Both the position numbers and the translations under genes were made by a program. From an uncultured bacterium (GTDB lineage Bacteria > Patescibacteriota > Saccharimonadia > UBA4664): DNA of 64,000 nt. Below are positions 18,584 to 27,491 of the stretch, in pieces (the stretch's first letter is position 1; each line of letters begins with the position of its first letter). The notes below the pieces were generated by a model. It ran no database searches. It was not told where the DNA came from and was given only the letters and a program-made list of their open reading frames with translations. Where the stretch lies: NCBI GenBank assembly GCA_963720265.1, contig CAVRET010000001.1:133916-197915 (forward strand), read 5' to 3'.

Positions 18584-19963
18584 ATGAAGGGAGCTCCCAT
18601 GGGAGCACAAACGCGACGGCTGTGTTTGCTGCTGGTACTTGTGATCCTGTGTTTGCCGGGGCTACTGGTGCCGGCGGCCCTGGCCGGAACTACGCCGCAA
18701 GCCATACAAAGTGCTGCGCCTCCGGTTACCACTTCCCCGCCGGCCTCCTCTCTCGTGCAGCAAGTCGATGCACTGGTTGGGCCGAGCTTGGATTTCCTTA
18801 GTATTACAGCCACGGGCACGGTTGACGTGCCGTGGAGCGACGGTAGTACACGGCGTGTAGTTGTCACGCCGGGCTTCCAGGCAACCGTATTTTGCTCCGG
18901 GTCAAATATCTCGGATGCCGGTCTTGTACTAACGGCCGGTCACTGCCTCGATCCAGCTGAGTTTATCAATGTGCTGATTGATGCAACCTACAACTACCTG
19001 CTGCAAAACCAGCAAATACCATCTGGGCTGACGCCGGCTGACGCCGAGGCCGACTGGACAGTGGAGACTGGGACGATTCAGCTTTCGGTCAACGTGTACC
19101 CGATGGTCGGAGCTGCAACCGTGGGCGACTCCGGCCCGATGGTGGCGAACGTTCTATACGACGAGCCACTTAGCCAGGGCGATGTGGCGGTTCTCGTGGT
19201 GAGCTTGCCTGCGGGCATGACTCTGCCGGCGCTGCCATTGGCGGCAGCTGTGCCGCCGGTTGGCACTGCGGTTGTATCGGCCGGTTTTCCTGGGAGCACC
19301 TTCGGTGCCAGCACTGCCAACCTTGGCACGCTCGTGCCTTTTTATGGTGTCGGCAACACTGAGAGCGAAGAAGTCATCGGGAGCGCCTACTTTTTTCCTG
19401 TCAGCTCAACGATTGCAGAAGGTATGTCCGGTGGCCCAACGGTTGACCTGAGCGGCCAAATCGTCGGCACCAACTCGCTCATTCAGAGCAGTAATTCGCA
19501 GGACGAGAAGATCAGCGCGATCACCGACATTAGCCATATCCAGTCGGTAATTACGCGCCACGGCTACACGGCGCGGCTGAGCACGGCGGATGTGTTGTGG
19601 CGGACCGGTATGGCCGATTACTGGAAAGGGTTGTACCGCGAGGCAGTGGGCCAGCTGCGGCTGGTGTTCGCGATGCAGCCGGACAATCTGCAGGCGCAGC
19701 ACTATCTGGCGTTGGCACGGGCAGACGAGCCCCTGGAACAAGAGCCCAAGCCAAGCCTAACGGTAAGCTCCAAGCCGACGAGTAGCCTAAAGCCGGCCCT
19801 GGCGCCCCAATCGGCGACATCGGGGCCGATCCGGCAGCATTCGACCCGCACGTGGCTGTATATCACCCTTGCGGTAGCGCTCATTCTGGGGACCGGCGGG
19901 ATCATTGCTTGGCGGCGCCTCATTCGTCCCGGTATGCGCCCGAGGGTGGGCCGGGGCCCCTGA
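18584..19963 (+). CDS. secreted trypsin-like serine protease with C-terminal TPR-like segment and TM anchor
   Basis: Signal peptide, TAGHC (catalytic His) and GMSGGP (GDSGGP-type catalytic Ser), C-terminal hydrophobic helix. Confidence 0.7.
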   Translation: MKGAPMGAQTRRLCLLLVLVILCLPGLLVPAALAGTTPQAIQSAAPPVTTSPPASSLVQQVDALVGPSLDFLSITATGTVDVPWSDGSTRRVVVTPGFQATVFCSGSNISDAGLVLTAGHCLDPAEFINVLIDATYNYLLQNQQIPSGLTPADAEADWTVETGTIQLSVNVYPMVGAATVGDSGPMVANVLYDEPLSQGDVAVLVVSLPAGMTLPALPLAAAVPPVGTAVVSAGFPGSTFGASTANLGTLVPFYGVGNTESEEVIGSAYFFPVSSTIAEGMSGGPTVDLSGQIVGTNSLIQSSNSQDEKISAITDISHIQSVITRHGYTARLSTADVLWRTGMADYWKGLYREAVGQLRLVFAMQPDNLQAQHYLALARADEPLEQEPKPSLTVSSKPTSSLKPALAPQSATSGPIRQHSTRTWLYITLAVALILGTGGIIAWRRLIRPGMRPRVGRGP

Positions 19964-20002
19964 GCCAAACATCGGTTTGCGCATGTGAAGTACTCAAAGC
20001 TG

Positions 20003-20033
20003 CAGGGCCGCCGGTACATGTTGCCGGCGGCCC
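20003..20033. terminator. bidirectional terminator hairpin gggccgccggtacatgttgccggcggccc
   Basis: Perfect GC-rich inverted repeat between convergent genes. Confidence 0.5.
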
Positions 20034-20056
20034 GAGAGCCTGACTTCAACTTGGAT

Positions 20057-20434
20057 TTAAATTAGTTTGCTAATAATTCCGGCCAGCTGGCTCGGAACAA
20101 TGTCGGCCTTAATGATGTAGCCGTCAGCCTGGGCACGTAGAGCTTCCTGGCTGGTTTTGTTTTGCGCTAAGTTGGTGAGAATGACAATTTTGGTCTCAGG
20201 GTGGCCTTGGCCGTCGTCGCCGCGCAATACCCGTAAGACTTCAATACCCGTTTTCTCCGGCATCATGATGTCGAGCAAAATAAGACTGTAGTGCCCTTCC
20301 AGGGCTTTTTTAAGACCTTCGTTGCCGTCATACGCAAAGTCAACGTGATAGCCGGCGTGCTCGAGCACCCGGGCATACATCTCGGCAATTGGTTTGTCAT
20401 CTTCAATGAACAGAATGTTTTTTGATCCAGCCAT
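20057..20434 (-). CDS. stand-alone response-regulator receiver (CheY-like)
   Basis: Receiver motifs: NILFIEDD, LILLDIMMP, conserved K. No output domain. Start MAGSKNILF (ATG 20434). Confidence 0.8.
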   Translation of the reverse strand: MAGSKNILFIEDDKPIAEMYARVLEHAGYHVDFAYDGNEGLKKALEGHYSLILLDIMMPEKTGIEVLRVLRGDDGQGHPETKIVILTNLAQNKTSQEALRAQADGYIIKADIVPSQLAGIISKLI

Positions 20435-21950
20435 GGGCACCTCGTGAAATGGTTGTGGTGGTTTCATTATCCTTGGGAGCATCAGTTAGTGCAACCGGCC
20501 TCAGCGGCAGGTGGAACGTAAAGGTAGTACCCTCGCCTTCGATTGACTCCACCCAGATAGTGCCGCCGTGGGCTTCGACAATCGACTTGCAGATAAAGAG
20601 GCCCAGGCCGGTGCCGGCGGTCGTGGCCTTCATGGTGTTAACCCGAAAGAACTTGGTAAACAAATGCGATATGGCGGCAGCTGGGATGCCGACGCCGTTA
20701 TCGGTAACTTTGGTTTCAATGCCGTCGCCGCGGAGCTCAACGCTGATTTCAATCGCGCCGATGCCGCTCGCAGTATGAGCGAAGGCATTATCGATCAGGT
20801 TGATGAGTACTTCATGAAGTGCGCTGGCGTCGGCGGAGAGTGTCGGTAGCTTGAGCGGCAGCATGAGTGTGAGGCTGCGGCGCTGCTGTTTCGCACGTGG
20901 TTGCAGATTGTGCACAAATTCTTTGAGAAATTCAGCGTAATTAATGGGCTCGGGCTGGTAGCCGAGTTCGCCGTGCTCGATGCGCGAGACGTTGAGTAAG
21001 TTGCGCATCAGGCCTGAAAGCTGCTCGGCCGAGGTAACGGCGTGCTTGAGAAAGCCGCGGTCGGTGCGCGACAGCCCTTTGGCTTCGGCGGCTAGGATAT
21101 CGAGGTAGCCTTTGATTTCGGTCAGCGGTGTGCGGAGTTCGTGGGCGGCTAACGCCACGAAGTCGATTTTCATTTGATCGAGCTGATGGGTAGAGGTCAG
21201 GTCGTGGAACGTGACGAGTGTGGCGATGCCGTTTGGATCGTCGCTCAGCACGACGGCTTGCACGTCCACGTACAAACTCTGGCCGTCGGCGCGGTAGAGC
21301 TCAAGCTCGTGCCAGCGGCCGATGTGTTCGGCTTCGGTCCCTTGCTGCGCCAACCAGCGGGTCATAACGAGCTCACCGTGGGCGCGGAATGGCAGGACTT
21401 TTTCGGCCAGCTGCCCGGCCACTTCCTCAATACTGCGGCCGGTTAGTAGACTGGCGGCTTTGTTAAAAAGGATGATGCGGCCGGCCTTATCGAGTGCGAA
21501 GACGCCGTCGGTCATGGAGTTCAGTACGCTATGGAGCTTGCCGCGTTCGGCCGCAATGAGTTGGGTTTCGCTGGTCTGCTCCGACAACGTCTGCTGGAGC
21601 TTAGCCGCCAGTGCATCAAGCGCCTGGCCAATTTCGGCAAATTCCTTGGCACCCCGAATCTCCGTCCGGGCCCTGAAGTTACCGCGCACGAGTTCGAGGG
21701 TGGCACGATGGATGTCGCGCACTGGTTTGGCGAGCAGCTCGGCAAACACAAAGCTCAGTGCCACAGCCGGCAGCACACCTAGCATCATCACCGGTAGTAC
21801 GAACGAACTCAAGCCAACAAACTGCAGGCTATTGTTTGAGTCTTGGGAGGAGACATACCAAACCGCGCCCACAATGAGGGCCGGTACGATCGAGACGATA
21901 AAAAACAGCGCGAGCGTCTGGCGCTTGAAGCGGTTCGACCTGAGATCCAT
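20403..21950 (-). CDS. sensor histidine kinase (TM, HAMP, PAS, HisKA, HATPase_c)
   Basis: H-box AAHELRTPLTEIKGY, N/G boxes (NLIDNAFAHT, DNGVGI, GTGLGL), two N-terminal TM segments. Confidence 0.85.
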   Translation of the reverse strand: MDLRSNRFKRQTLALFFIVSIVPALIVGAVWYVSSQDSNNSLQFVGLSSFVLPVMMLGVLPAVALSFVFAELLAKPVRDIHRATLELVRGNFRARTEIRGAKEFAEIGQALDALAAKLQQTLSEQTSETQLIAAERGKLHSVLNSMTDGVFALDKAGRIILFNKAASLLTGRSIEEVAGQLAEKVLPFRAHGELVMTRWLAQQGTEAEHIGRWHELELYRADGQSLYVDVQAVVLSDDPNGIATLVTFHDLTSTHQLDQMKIDFVALAAHELRTPLTEIKGYLDILAAEAKGLSRTDRGFLKHAVTSAEQLSGLMRNLLNVSRIEHGELGYQPEPINYAEFLKEFVHNLQPRAKQQRRSLTLMLPLKLPTLSADASALHEVLINLIDNAFAHTASGIGAIEISVELRGDGIETKVTDNGVGIPAAAISHLFTKFFRVNTMKATTAGTGLGLFICKSIVEAHGGTIWVESIEGEGTTFTFHLPLRPVALTDAPKDNETTTTISRGAHGWIKKHSVH

Positions 21951-22026
21951 ACCTATAATTCTAATGCTTGTGCGGCCGACGCGCTAGTTCATGGTACAAT
22001 TTAAATCTATAAACAGGAGTGAGTGA

Positions 22027-22503
22027 GTGAATTCGAAGTGGATTGCGGTGGGCGTATCGGTTGGCCTTATTGTGGTGATTGTGGGCGCCGTGGCTTTGTT
22101 ACAGGCCAGTTCCAAGCCCAAGGTCGCTCAGGCTACAAGTACGCCGGCGTCGCAGGCTTCGTCTTCCGGCTCAAGCGATAAATTGCAAATTACTGATGAA
22201 AAAGTTGGTACCGGCGACGAAGCCGTGGCCGGTAAATCGGTCTCAGTGAGCTACACTGGTACACTCTCAGACGGCACTGTGTTTGATTCAACTGCCAAGG
22301 ACGGTGGTAAGCCTTTCACGTTCACCCTCGGGGCCGGTCAGGTCATCAAGGGCTGGGACGAGGGCGTGGTCGGTATGAAGGTCGGCGGCGTGCGCAAACT
22401 AGTAATTCCTCCGGATCTCGCTTATGGATCTCAAGGCGCCGGCTCGACTATTCCGCCGAATGCTACGCTGACGTTTGAAATCACGCTGCTAAGCGTACAG
22501 TAA
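22027..22503 (+). CDS. FKBP-type peptidyl-prolyl cis-trans isomerase, membrane-anchored
   Basis: N-terminal TM then FKBP domain (VSYTGTLSDGTVFDS...GWDEGVVGMKVGGVRKLVIPP..AYG). Confidence 0.85.
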   Translation: MNSKWIAVGVSVGLIVVIVGAVALLQASSKPKVAQATSTPASQASSSGSSDKLQITDEKVGTGDEAVAGKSVSVSYTGTLSDGTVFDSTAKDGGKPFTFTLGAGQVIKGWDEGVVGMKVGGVRKLVIPPDLAYGSQGAGSTIPPNATLTFEITLLSVQ

Positions 22504-22508
22504 TTTTT

Positions 22509-23165
22509 CTATAGCTCCTGTAGTACTTCGCGCAGGTCGTGAATGTGATGGTCACCGTGCTCTGATCGGAACGTAATGTTCGGATGGGCGTATAGATAGC
22601 CGATAGCGCCGACGGCCTCGGCTAGTGCCATGTCTCCGCCGGAGTCACCAATGACGATCAGCCGGTCGTAGGCTTTGTCGGCAACATAGCTTTCGACCGC
22701 CATTTGTTTGGTGCGCGTGGCGTTTTTGGCATGCTGATTAACGGCAATGGCATTATTTGCTCCAAAATAATCGCCAAGGCCGAGCGCGTCCACATAGAAT
22801 GGTACTGATTCGTCTTTGGTGTTTGAGAGTAGTACTTGATGGTGCCGAGAGCGGTGGATAGCGTCGAGCGTTTCAACGGCATGCGGCGCCGGTACCATGT
22901 AGTCGGCCACGATTTTGGCTCCGGCTGGGCTGTTGGATAGCGCGAAGCATGCCTCCTGGAGCTCAAAGTGGCGATCGGACGGCTCGTTTGGCAAGAGATA
23001 TTCGAAGTATTGAAACCACTTGAGGCCGTAGAGCTTGAAAACGTCGGTGTCGCTAAAGCGCTCATGGTAGCCGAAACGCTCCAGGATCTGGTTTGACATA
23101 TCAACTGCAGCCCGCTCATTCCCCTGCTCGAGTGTGCCATGGAGGTCCCAGATAAACAGCTTCAT
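22509..23165 (-). CDS. HAD-superfamily hydrolase
   Basis: Motif I (IWDLHGTL) and motif IV (IVIGDSGGD). Confidence 0.7.
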   Translation of the reverse strand: MKLFIWDLHGTLEQGNERAAVDMSNQILERFGYHERFSDTDVFKLYGLKWFQYFEYLLPNEPSDRHFELQEACFALSNSPAGAKIVADYMVPAPHAVETLDAIHRSRHHQVLLSNTKDESVPFYVDALGLGDYFGANNAIAVNQHAKNATRTKQMAVESYVADKAYDRLIVIGDSGGDMALAEAVGAIGYLYAHPNITFRSEHGDHHIHDLREVLQEL

Positions 23166-23279
23166 AAAGCTTAGTATAAGCAGTAGCTGTGGGTTGATAA
23201 TACTTGATTTTTTATTGTTTTTATGCTATTATCTCTTCAATCCGCTGGGATCCGTCTGGTGGTGCATCAAGGAGACATC

Positions 23280-23828
23280 ATGGTTACTGCGAGGCACGAG
23301 CTTTTCAAGACGCTCTCTCGGCTAGGCAATGGCCTAATCGAGAAAAACGGCGAGGAGCCGGGCACGTGGGAAATCTGGTTCGCGGGTGACGATTACGGTC
23401 TCACCCCGGAGCAGTTCAGGGCTCTCTGCGAAGACAACGAAGATGGGTATATGTACGAGTCGCACTGCATTGCCAGGTTTGAGGGAGACGCGATGGTTTC
23501 GCGCATCTCGACCGGCCACGAACAGTACGGGCTCAACGTCCTGACCATGTTCCTGCGTATTTTCCAGGAGCAGGCCAAGCTGATCGATCCCGATCCGTAC
23601 ATCGTAGATGTCGAGTTTGACCTCCGAGTGAACGGAGAGCAAATCGATATCGACGTTATTGCGGTCGAGATCGGCAGCGACAGTCAGGGCATGACCGACC
23701 CAGAGTTGCCGCTGCACCGGTGGTGTCTGGGACGCTTTGTGTACGACCCGGTGCAGCAATGCATCGCGGCCCGCGAAGTGAGGCCGAAGCCCGTGAGGGG
23801 TCGGCCGTCGTGGGAGTCGTTCTCCTAA
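23280..23828 (+). CDS. hypothetical protein
   Basis: Start moved to ATG 23280 (RBS AAGGAGacatc). The upstream ATG lies inside a TTGATT-17-TATTAT promoter. Confidence 0.45.
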   Translation: MVTARHELFKTLSRLGNGLIEKNGEEPGTWEIWFAGDDYGLTPEQFRALCEDNEDGYMYESHCIARFEGDAMVSRISTGHEQYGLNVLTMFLRIFQEQAKLIDPDPYIVDVEFDLRVNGEQIDIDVIAVEIGSDSQGMTDPELPLHRWCLGRFVYDPVQQCIAAREVRPKPVRGRPSWESFS

Positions 23829-23964
23829 TTTAGGGGGCGACTAGCTTTACCTTTGAGTTTTCCTTGGCGTATGGCGTTTTTAAGCGCCACAAAGTGTGTT
23901 TGTAGCTTCATGAACAATGCAGCTGCGAAGTTTAGACGATGTGCTCACGATTTGAAGTGAACAC

Positions 23965-23996
23965 GGGACGTTGCCGGTAGGCGGCGTCCCCTTTTC
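23965..23996. terminator. terminator hairpin gggacgttgccggtaggcggcgtccc + TTTT
   Basis: Stem-loop plus T-run read directly between convergent genes. Confidence 0.5.
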
Positions 23997-24007
23997 ATTT
24001 TTGTAGG

Positions 24008-24646
24008 TCAATCTTGCCGATGAGCGTCGCAGTATTGGGCGGTGTGCGAGTTTTGGCAGAATTCGTAGCCCACGACTGCGTGGAGGTTGGCGAAGTACGG
24101 CGCCTGCTGTTGGCCGCGACTAGTAGTTGGGCCAGACGCGATGCGAATTTGAACGGGAATGGTGCCGACACCTAAGCTGTCCACTACCCGGAAGCTGCCG
24201 CGCGAGAGATCGATGACACGGCCGGTCCAGACGGCCGGTCCGTAATCATTTACCAGACAGACAACATGATTGTCGTTGTCGAGGTCGGTGACGTCGAGGT
24301 AGGTGCCGCGAGGGAAGGTACGTGAGGCGCAAGTGAGGGCGTCGGGCTCAGGGAGGCCGAGTGCGTACCACGAGCCTCGGCCGGATTGTACTACCGGGCC
24401 GTCCGCGGGTTCAGGTGTGGGCGCCGGCGCCAGTACTGGGGCTTGGATTTTGATGCCACCGGTGCCGTCGTGGATCGGCACACTTACGGTTGGCTTATTA
24501 AGCGTGATGGCATACGACAACGAGCCGGTTGAGATCGTCGCTAGCCCGATCAAAAAGGTACGCAGGATGTGGCGGGAAGTTTTCTTTTTGACCAGCTTCT
24601 TTTTGGTGAGGACGTGGCGGATACGCCGTTTTGTTTTGGCCTTCAT
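24008..24646 (-). CDS. RlpA-like double-psi beta-barrel (DPBB) lipoprotein/lytic transglycosylase-like protein
   Basis: GSWY...TCASRTFPRGTYLDVT...VVCLVNDYGP..GRVIDLSRGSF matches the RlpA DPBB signature. Lys-rich N-terminus plus TM. Confidence 0.65.
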   Translation of the reverse strand: MKAKTKRRIRHVLTKKKLVKKKTSRHILRTFLIGLATISTGSLSYAITLNKPTVSVPIHDGTGGIKIQAPVLAPAPTPEPADGPVVQSGRGSWYALGLPEPDALTCASRTFPRGTYLDVTDLDNDNHVVCLVNDYGPAVWTGRVIDLSRGSFRVVDSLGVGTIPVQIRIASGPTTSRGQQQAPYFANLHAVVGYEFCQNSHTAQYCDAHRQD

Positions 24647-24693
24647 CTAGCTTTCTTTTACCATAACCGGGATGGGTGGTCAAATTTTTGTGC

Positions 24694-24724
24694 CCCGGGG
24701 TCGCTTGACTCCCGGGGCACCCAT
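24694..24724 (-). terminator. terminator hairpin (11-bp stem gtgccccgggg/ccccggggcac) followed by AAAAATTT on the minus strand
   Basis: Read directly. Lies 3' of the gene at 24769-25221. Confidence 0.5.
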
Positions 24725-24768
24725 ACTGGACTGTGACTGATTATGAATGGTAGGTGTCTCTTCGGATG

Positions 24769-25221
24769 CTAGTCGCCGAACACGTCGCGCCAGGGCTCTA
24801 GGCACGCGGCGCGAGCGGCTGGGGTCAGCTGTGGACCCCCCACTGCTTTGTTGACCAGGCCGGCATCGAGACGCGCGATCGCGGCGAGCCCGACGTGGTA
24901 CGAAAATTTCAGCGCTTCGGCGCCACCGAACCCGAGCCTACTGGCGATTCGTTCGGCAAGGAGCCGGATCGCACCGGCTTCGGTCAGGACTGACTCCCGG
25001 GAGACGGTAGCCCATGCCTGACCCCACGAGATTGAGCTTGCCGGCTGCCAGGTGAGGCGCCGGATCTCATCGGTGCTCATGGCGAGGAGCCGCTTCACTA
25101 CGAATACGCCGGCCCTGGACGCGATGCCAAGTATTCCGGCTACTTCAGCGCATGTGAATACCACCTCGTCTGTGGATTCCACGTCGGCGACTTCCGGCTT
25201 TGGTTTCGACCTGGTGGACAT
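24769..25221 (-). CDS. hypothetical protein
   Basis: Start at MSTRSK (ATG 25221) with RBS AAGGAAG 5 nt upstream. Confidence 0.45.
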   Translation of the reverse strand: MSTRSKPKPEVADVESTDEVVFTCAEVAGILGIASRAGVFVVKRLLAMSTDEIRRLTWQPASSISWGQAWATVSRESVLTEAGAIRLLAERIASRLGFGGAEALKFSYHVGLAAIARLDAGLVNKAVGGPQLTPAARAACLEPWRDVFGD

Positions 25222-25327
25222 CAGCTTCCTTTCTAATATTCGTTTGACCTGGACTGATAGTATTAAACCATTATAAAAACAAAAATGAGAGCAAGGCGCT
25301 CTCATTTTCGTGCGAACGTTTGACTAG

Positions 25328-25531
25328 CTAGACGACCGCTGCGTCGAAGGCTTCCCAGTCGGCCTGGCCAACAAACTTGGTTAAGTTGCGGCCCTGATAG
25401 CTGCCGCGCAGGGCGTAGCGGACCTGAACCTTACCGGCCTTGGTGGTGCGCTCGTACTTGGTTTTCTTAACATCGGACTCGGGAACATCGACCTTTTGGC
25501 GGGTCTTTACATCGTAGAACGAAACACTCAT
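25328..25531 (-). CDS. small hypothetical protein (67 aa) with its own strong promoter
   Basis: Good coding composition. RBS GAGG. Consensus promoter immediately upstream. Confidence 0.5.
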   Translation of the reverse strand: MSVSFYDVKTRQKVDVPESDVKKTKYERTTKAGKVQVRYALRGSYQGRNLTKFVGQADWEAFDAAVV

Positions 25532-25558
25532 GAGTTGACCTCACTCTTACGTGTCTGC

Positions 25559-25588
25559 ACTATAGGGCACGCGTGAGGCGCTTGTCAA
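25559..25588 (-). promoter_or_regulatory. sigma70 consensus-like promoter (TTGACA, 18-nt spacer, TATAGT)
   Basis: Hexamers read on the minus strand about 30 nt upstream of the 67-aa ORF. Confidence 0.5.
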
Positions 25589-25639
25589 ACTTGTTGGCTT
25601 GGGTACGGGAGCAAGGTTGGATTCCCATCTGTTGAAGGA

Positions 25640-27121
25640 TTAACCGGCAAGAACTTTGACAGCCCGTGTAAGTCGGAACATAACCGTTCTTTTGCCAAGT
25701 ACGGCGAGCGTTTCGAATAGTCCGGGGGCAGCCGTGCGATCGGTGACGGCGACTCGGATGAGACTAAAAAAATGACCAGGTTTGAGCCCGTCCGCCTCAG
25801 CGAAGCTTCTTATTTTGACTTCCAGTGCTTCGACTGTCCAGTTGGACTCCTCAATGCGATCGAGCTCACGGGCGAGACTGTCCAGGCGTGATTGCGCAGT
25901 TTTGGCGTCGTAGTTCTTGGTCAGCAATTTTTGATAGTCTGGTACGTCGACTGCTTTTGTATCCATGAAAAAGAAGTCAGTTAGTTCGGGCAGGTCAGAT
26001 AATTTGGTCAGACGGTCGTAAACGAGCGCTAAGACGTCCTTGCGGTTAGGGGTCGGAAGTTGATTACTAGTTTGTGGCCAGAAGGGCTCACAGCGCGCGA
26101 CGAGCTCATCTGGGTCGGTTTGCCACAGTTGGCGGATCATTTTGCCATTGACCCAGGTGAGGCGCTCGAGATCGAAGCGGGCTGGACTTTTTTGGATGCG
26201 ATCCAATGTGAAGCGCTCAATCAGCTCGGGCGTGGTGTAAATTTCCTGTGTGGTGCCGTCGTTCCAGCCGAGGGTGGCAAGGTAGCTGCGCAGGGCTTCG
26301 GGGAGATAGCCTTCGTCGACGTATTCCTGTATTGAACGCGCGCCCTCGCGCTTGGAGAGCTTCTTGCCGCCGGTGGGGCCTTGAACAGCCGGAAGGTGGG
26401 CAAAGATGGGTGGCTGCCAGCCGAAAGCGGCATAGAGCAGAAGATGCTTGGGTGTGGAGGGGATCCATTCGTCGGCACGCAGTACGTGGCTGATTTCCAT
26501 GAGGTGGTCGTCGACCACGTTCGCAAACTGATAGGTCGGGTAGCCGTCGGCTTTTATGGTTACGAAATCGTCGAGGTCTGCGGTCTTGAACTCGAGGCGT
26601 CCGCGCACGGCGTCATCCCAGACGACAACTGCGGGCTCATCCGGGATGCGGAAACGCAGTACGTGTGGTTCGGCGTCGGTTTTTTGGTTTTCGGGAATAA
26701 GGCAATGGCGGTCGTATTTGAACGCAATACCTTTGGCTTGGGCCTCTTCGCGCAGTTTGCTTAATCGTTCCGGACTGCACCAACAGCGGTAGAACGCGCC
26801 GGACTTTAGGAGTTCCTGTGCGTGTTTGCCGTAAATCCCCTGCTGTTTGCGCTCCGATTGGATATAAGGGCCAAATTTCCCGCCCTGCAGCGGGCCTTCA
26901 TCCGGAGTTATGCCGAGCACGTCGTGACTGGCGTAGATTTGATCAGCGGCGCCCTCAACCAGGCGGGCACGATCGGTATCTTCAAGACGCAGCACGTAGG
27001 TTCCGCCGGTGTGGCGTGCCCATAGCCAGTTAAAGAGTGCGGAGCGCATGCCCCCGATGTGGAGTAGGCCGGTGGGGCTGGGCGCAAAGCGGACACGGAC
27101 AGGCTGATTCGTGCTTGACAT
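25640..27121 (-). CDS. gltX: glutamate--tRNA ligase
   Basis: HIGG motif (PSPTGLLHIGGMRSALFNW), LEDTD, KLSKR-type KMSKS. Start at MSSTNQPVRVRF (ATG 27121). Confidence 0.85.
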   Translation of the reverse strand: MSSTNQPVRVRFAPSPTGLLHIGGMRSALFNWLWARHTGGTYVLRLEDTDRARLVEGAADQIYASHDVLGITPDEGPLQGGKFGPYIQSERKQQGIYGKHAQELLKSGAFYRCWCSPERLSKLREEAQAKGIAFKYDRHCLIPENQKTDAEPHVLRFRIPDEPAVVVWDDAVRGRLEFKTADLDDFVTIKADGYPTYQFANVVDDHLMEISHVLRADEWIPSTPKHLLLYAAFGWQPPIFAHLPAVQGPTGGKKLSKREGARSIQEYVDEGYLPEALRSYLATLGWNDGTTQEIYTTPELIERFTLDRIQKSPARFDLERLTWVNGKMIRQLWQTDPDELVARCEPFWPQTSNQLPTPNRKDVLALVYDRLTKLSDLPELTDFFFMDTKAVDVPDYQKLLTKNYDAKTAQSRLDSLARELDRIEESNWTVEALEVKIRSFAEADGLKPGHFFSLIRVAVTDRTAAPGLFETLAVLGKRTVMFRLTRAVKVLAG

Positions 27122-27131
27122 GGACCTTATT

Positions 27132-27470
27132 TTATAGCCCGAGTGCGCTGGGGTCAATTTGCGTCCACTCTCCCCCATCCTCACGGTAGAGATTGGTACG
27201 CAGACTGGTTTCGGTTGGGTCGTAGACGTTTTCGTAACGCACGCTTGCCCCGGCCCGGCGGGCGCCGATGGTCTTGCGATCGATAATAGCCGGGCCAACG
27301 ACCCGCTCGAGCTTGTAGCTATCCCCTCCTCGCTCAAACACCACAAACGAAACGTGCTCGGTGAGATCTTTAGTACCCTCTACGGCGCGGGTGGCGCGGC
27401 CGTGGTCTTTCAGGCCGAATTTGGCTTCAATGGCATCAACGATACGGTCCCAGGCGTGATCTTCCGGCAT
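27132..27470 (-). CDS. hypothetical protein
   Basis: 112-aa ORF packed between gltX and the upstream gene. Confidence 0.45.
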   Translation of the reverse strand: MPEDHAWDRIVDAIEAKFGLKDHGRATRAVEGTKDLTEHVSFVVFERGGDSYKLERVVGPAIIDRKTIGARRAGASVRYENVYDPTETSLRTNLYREDGGEWTQIDPSALGL

Positions 27471-27491
27471 AGCAAGTCCCCTTTTGATTTA

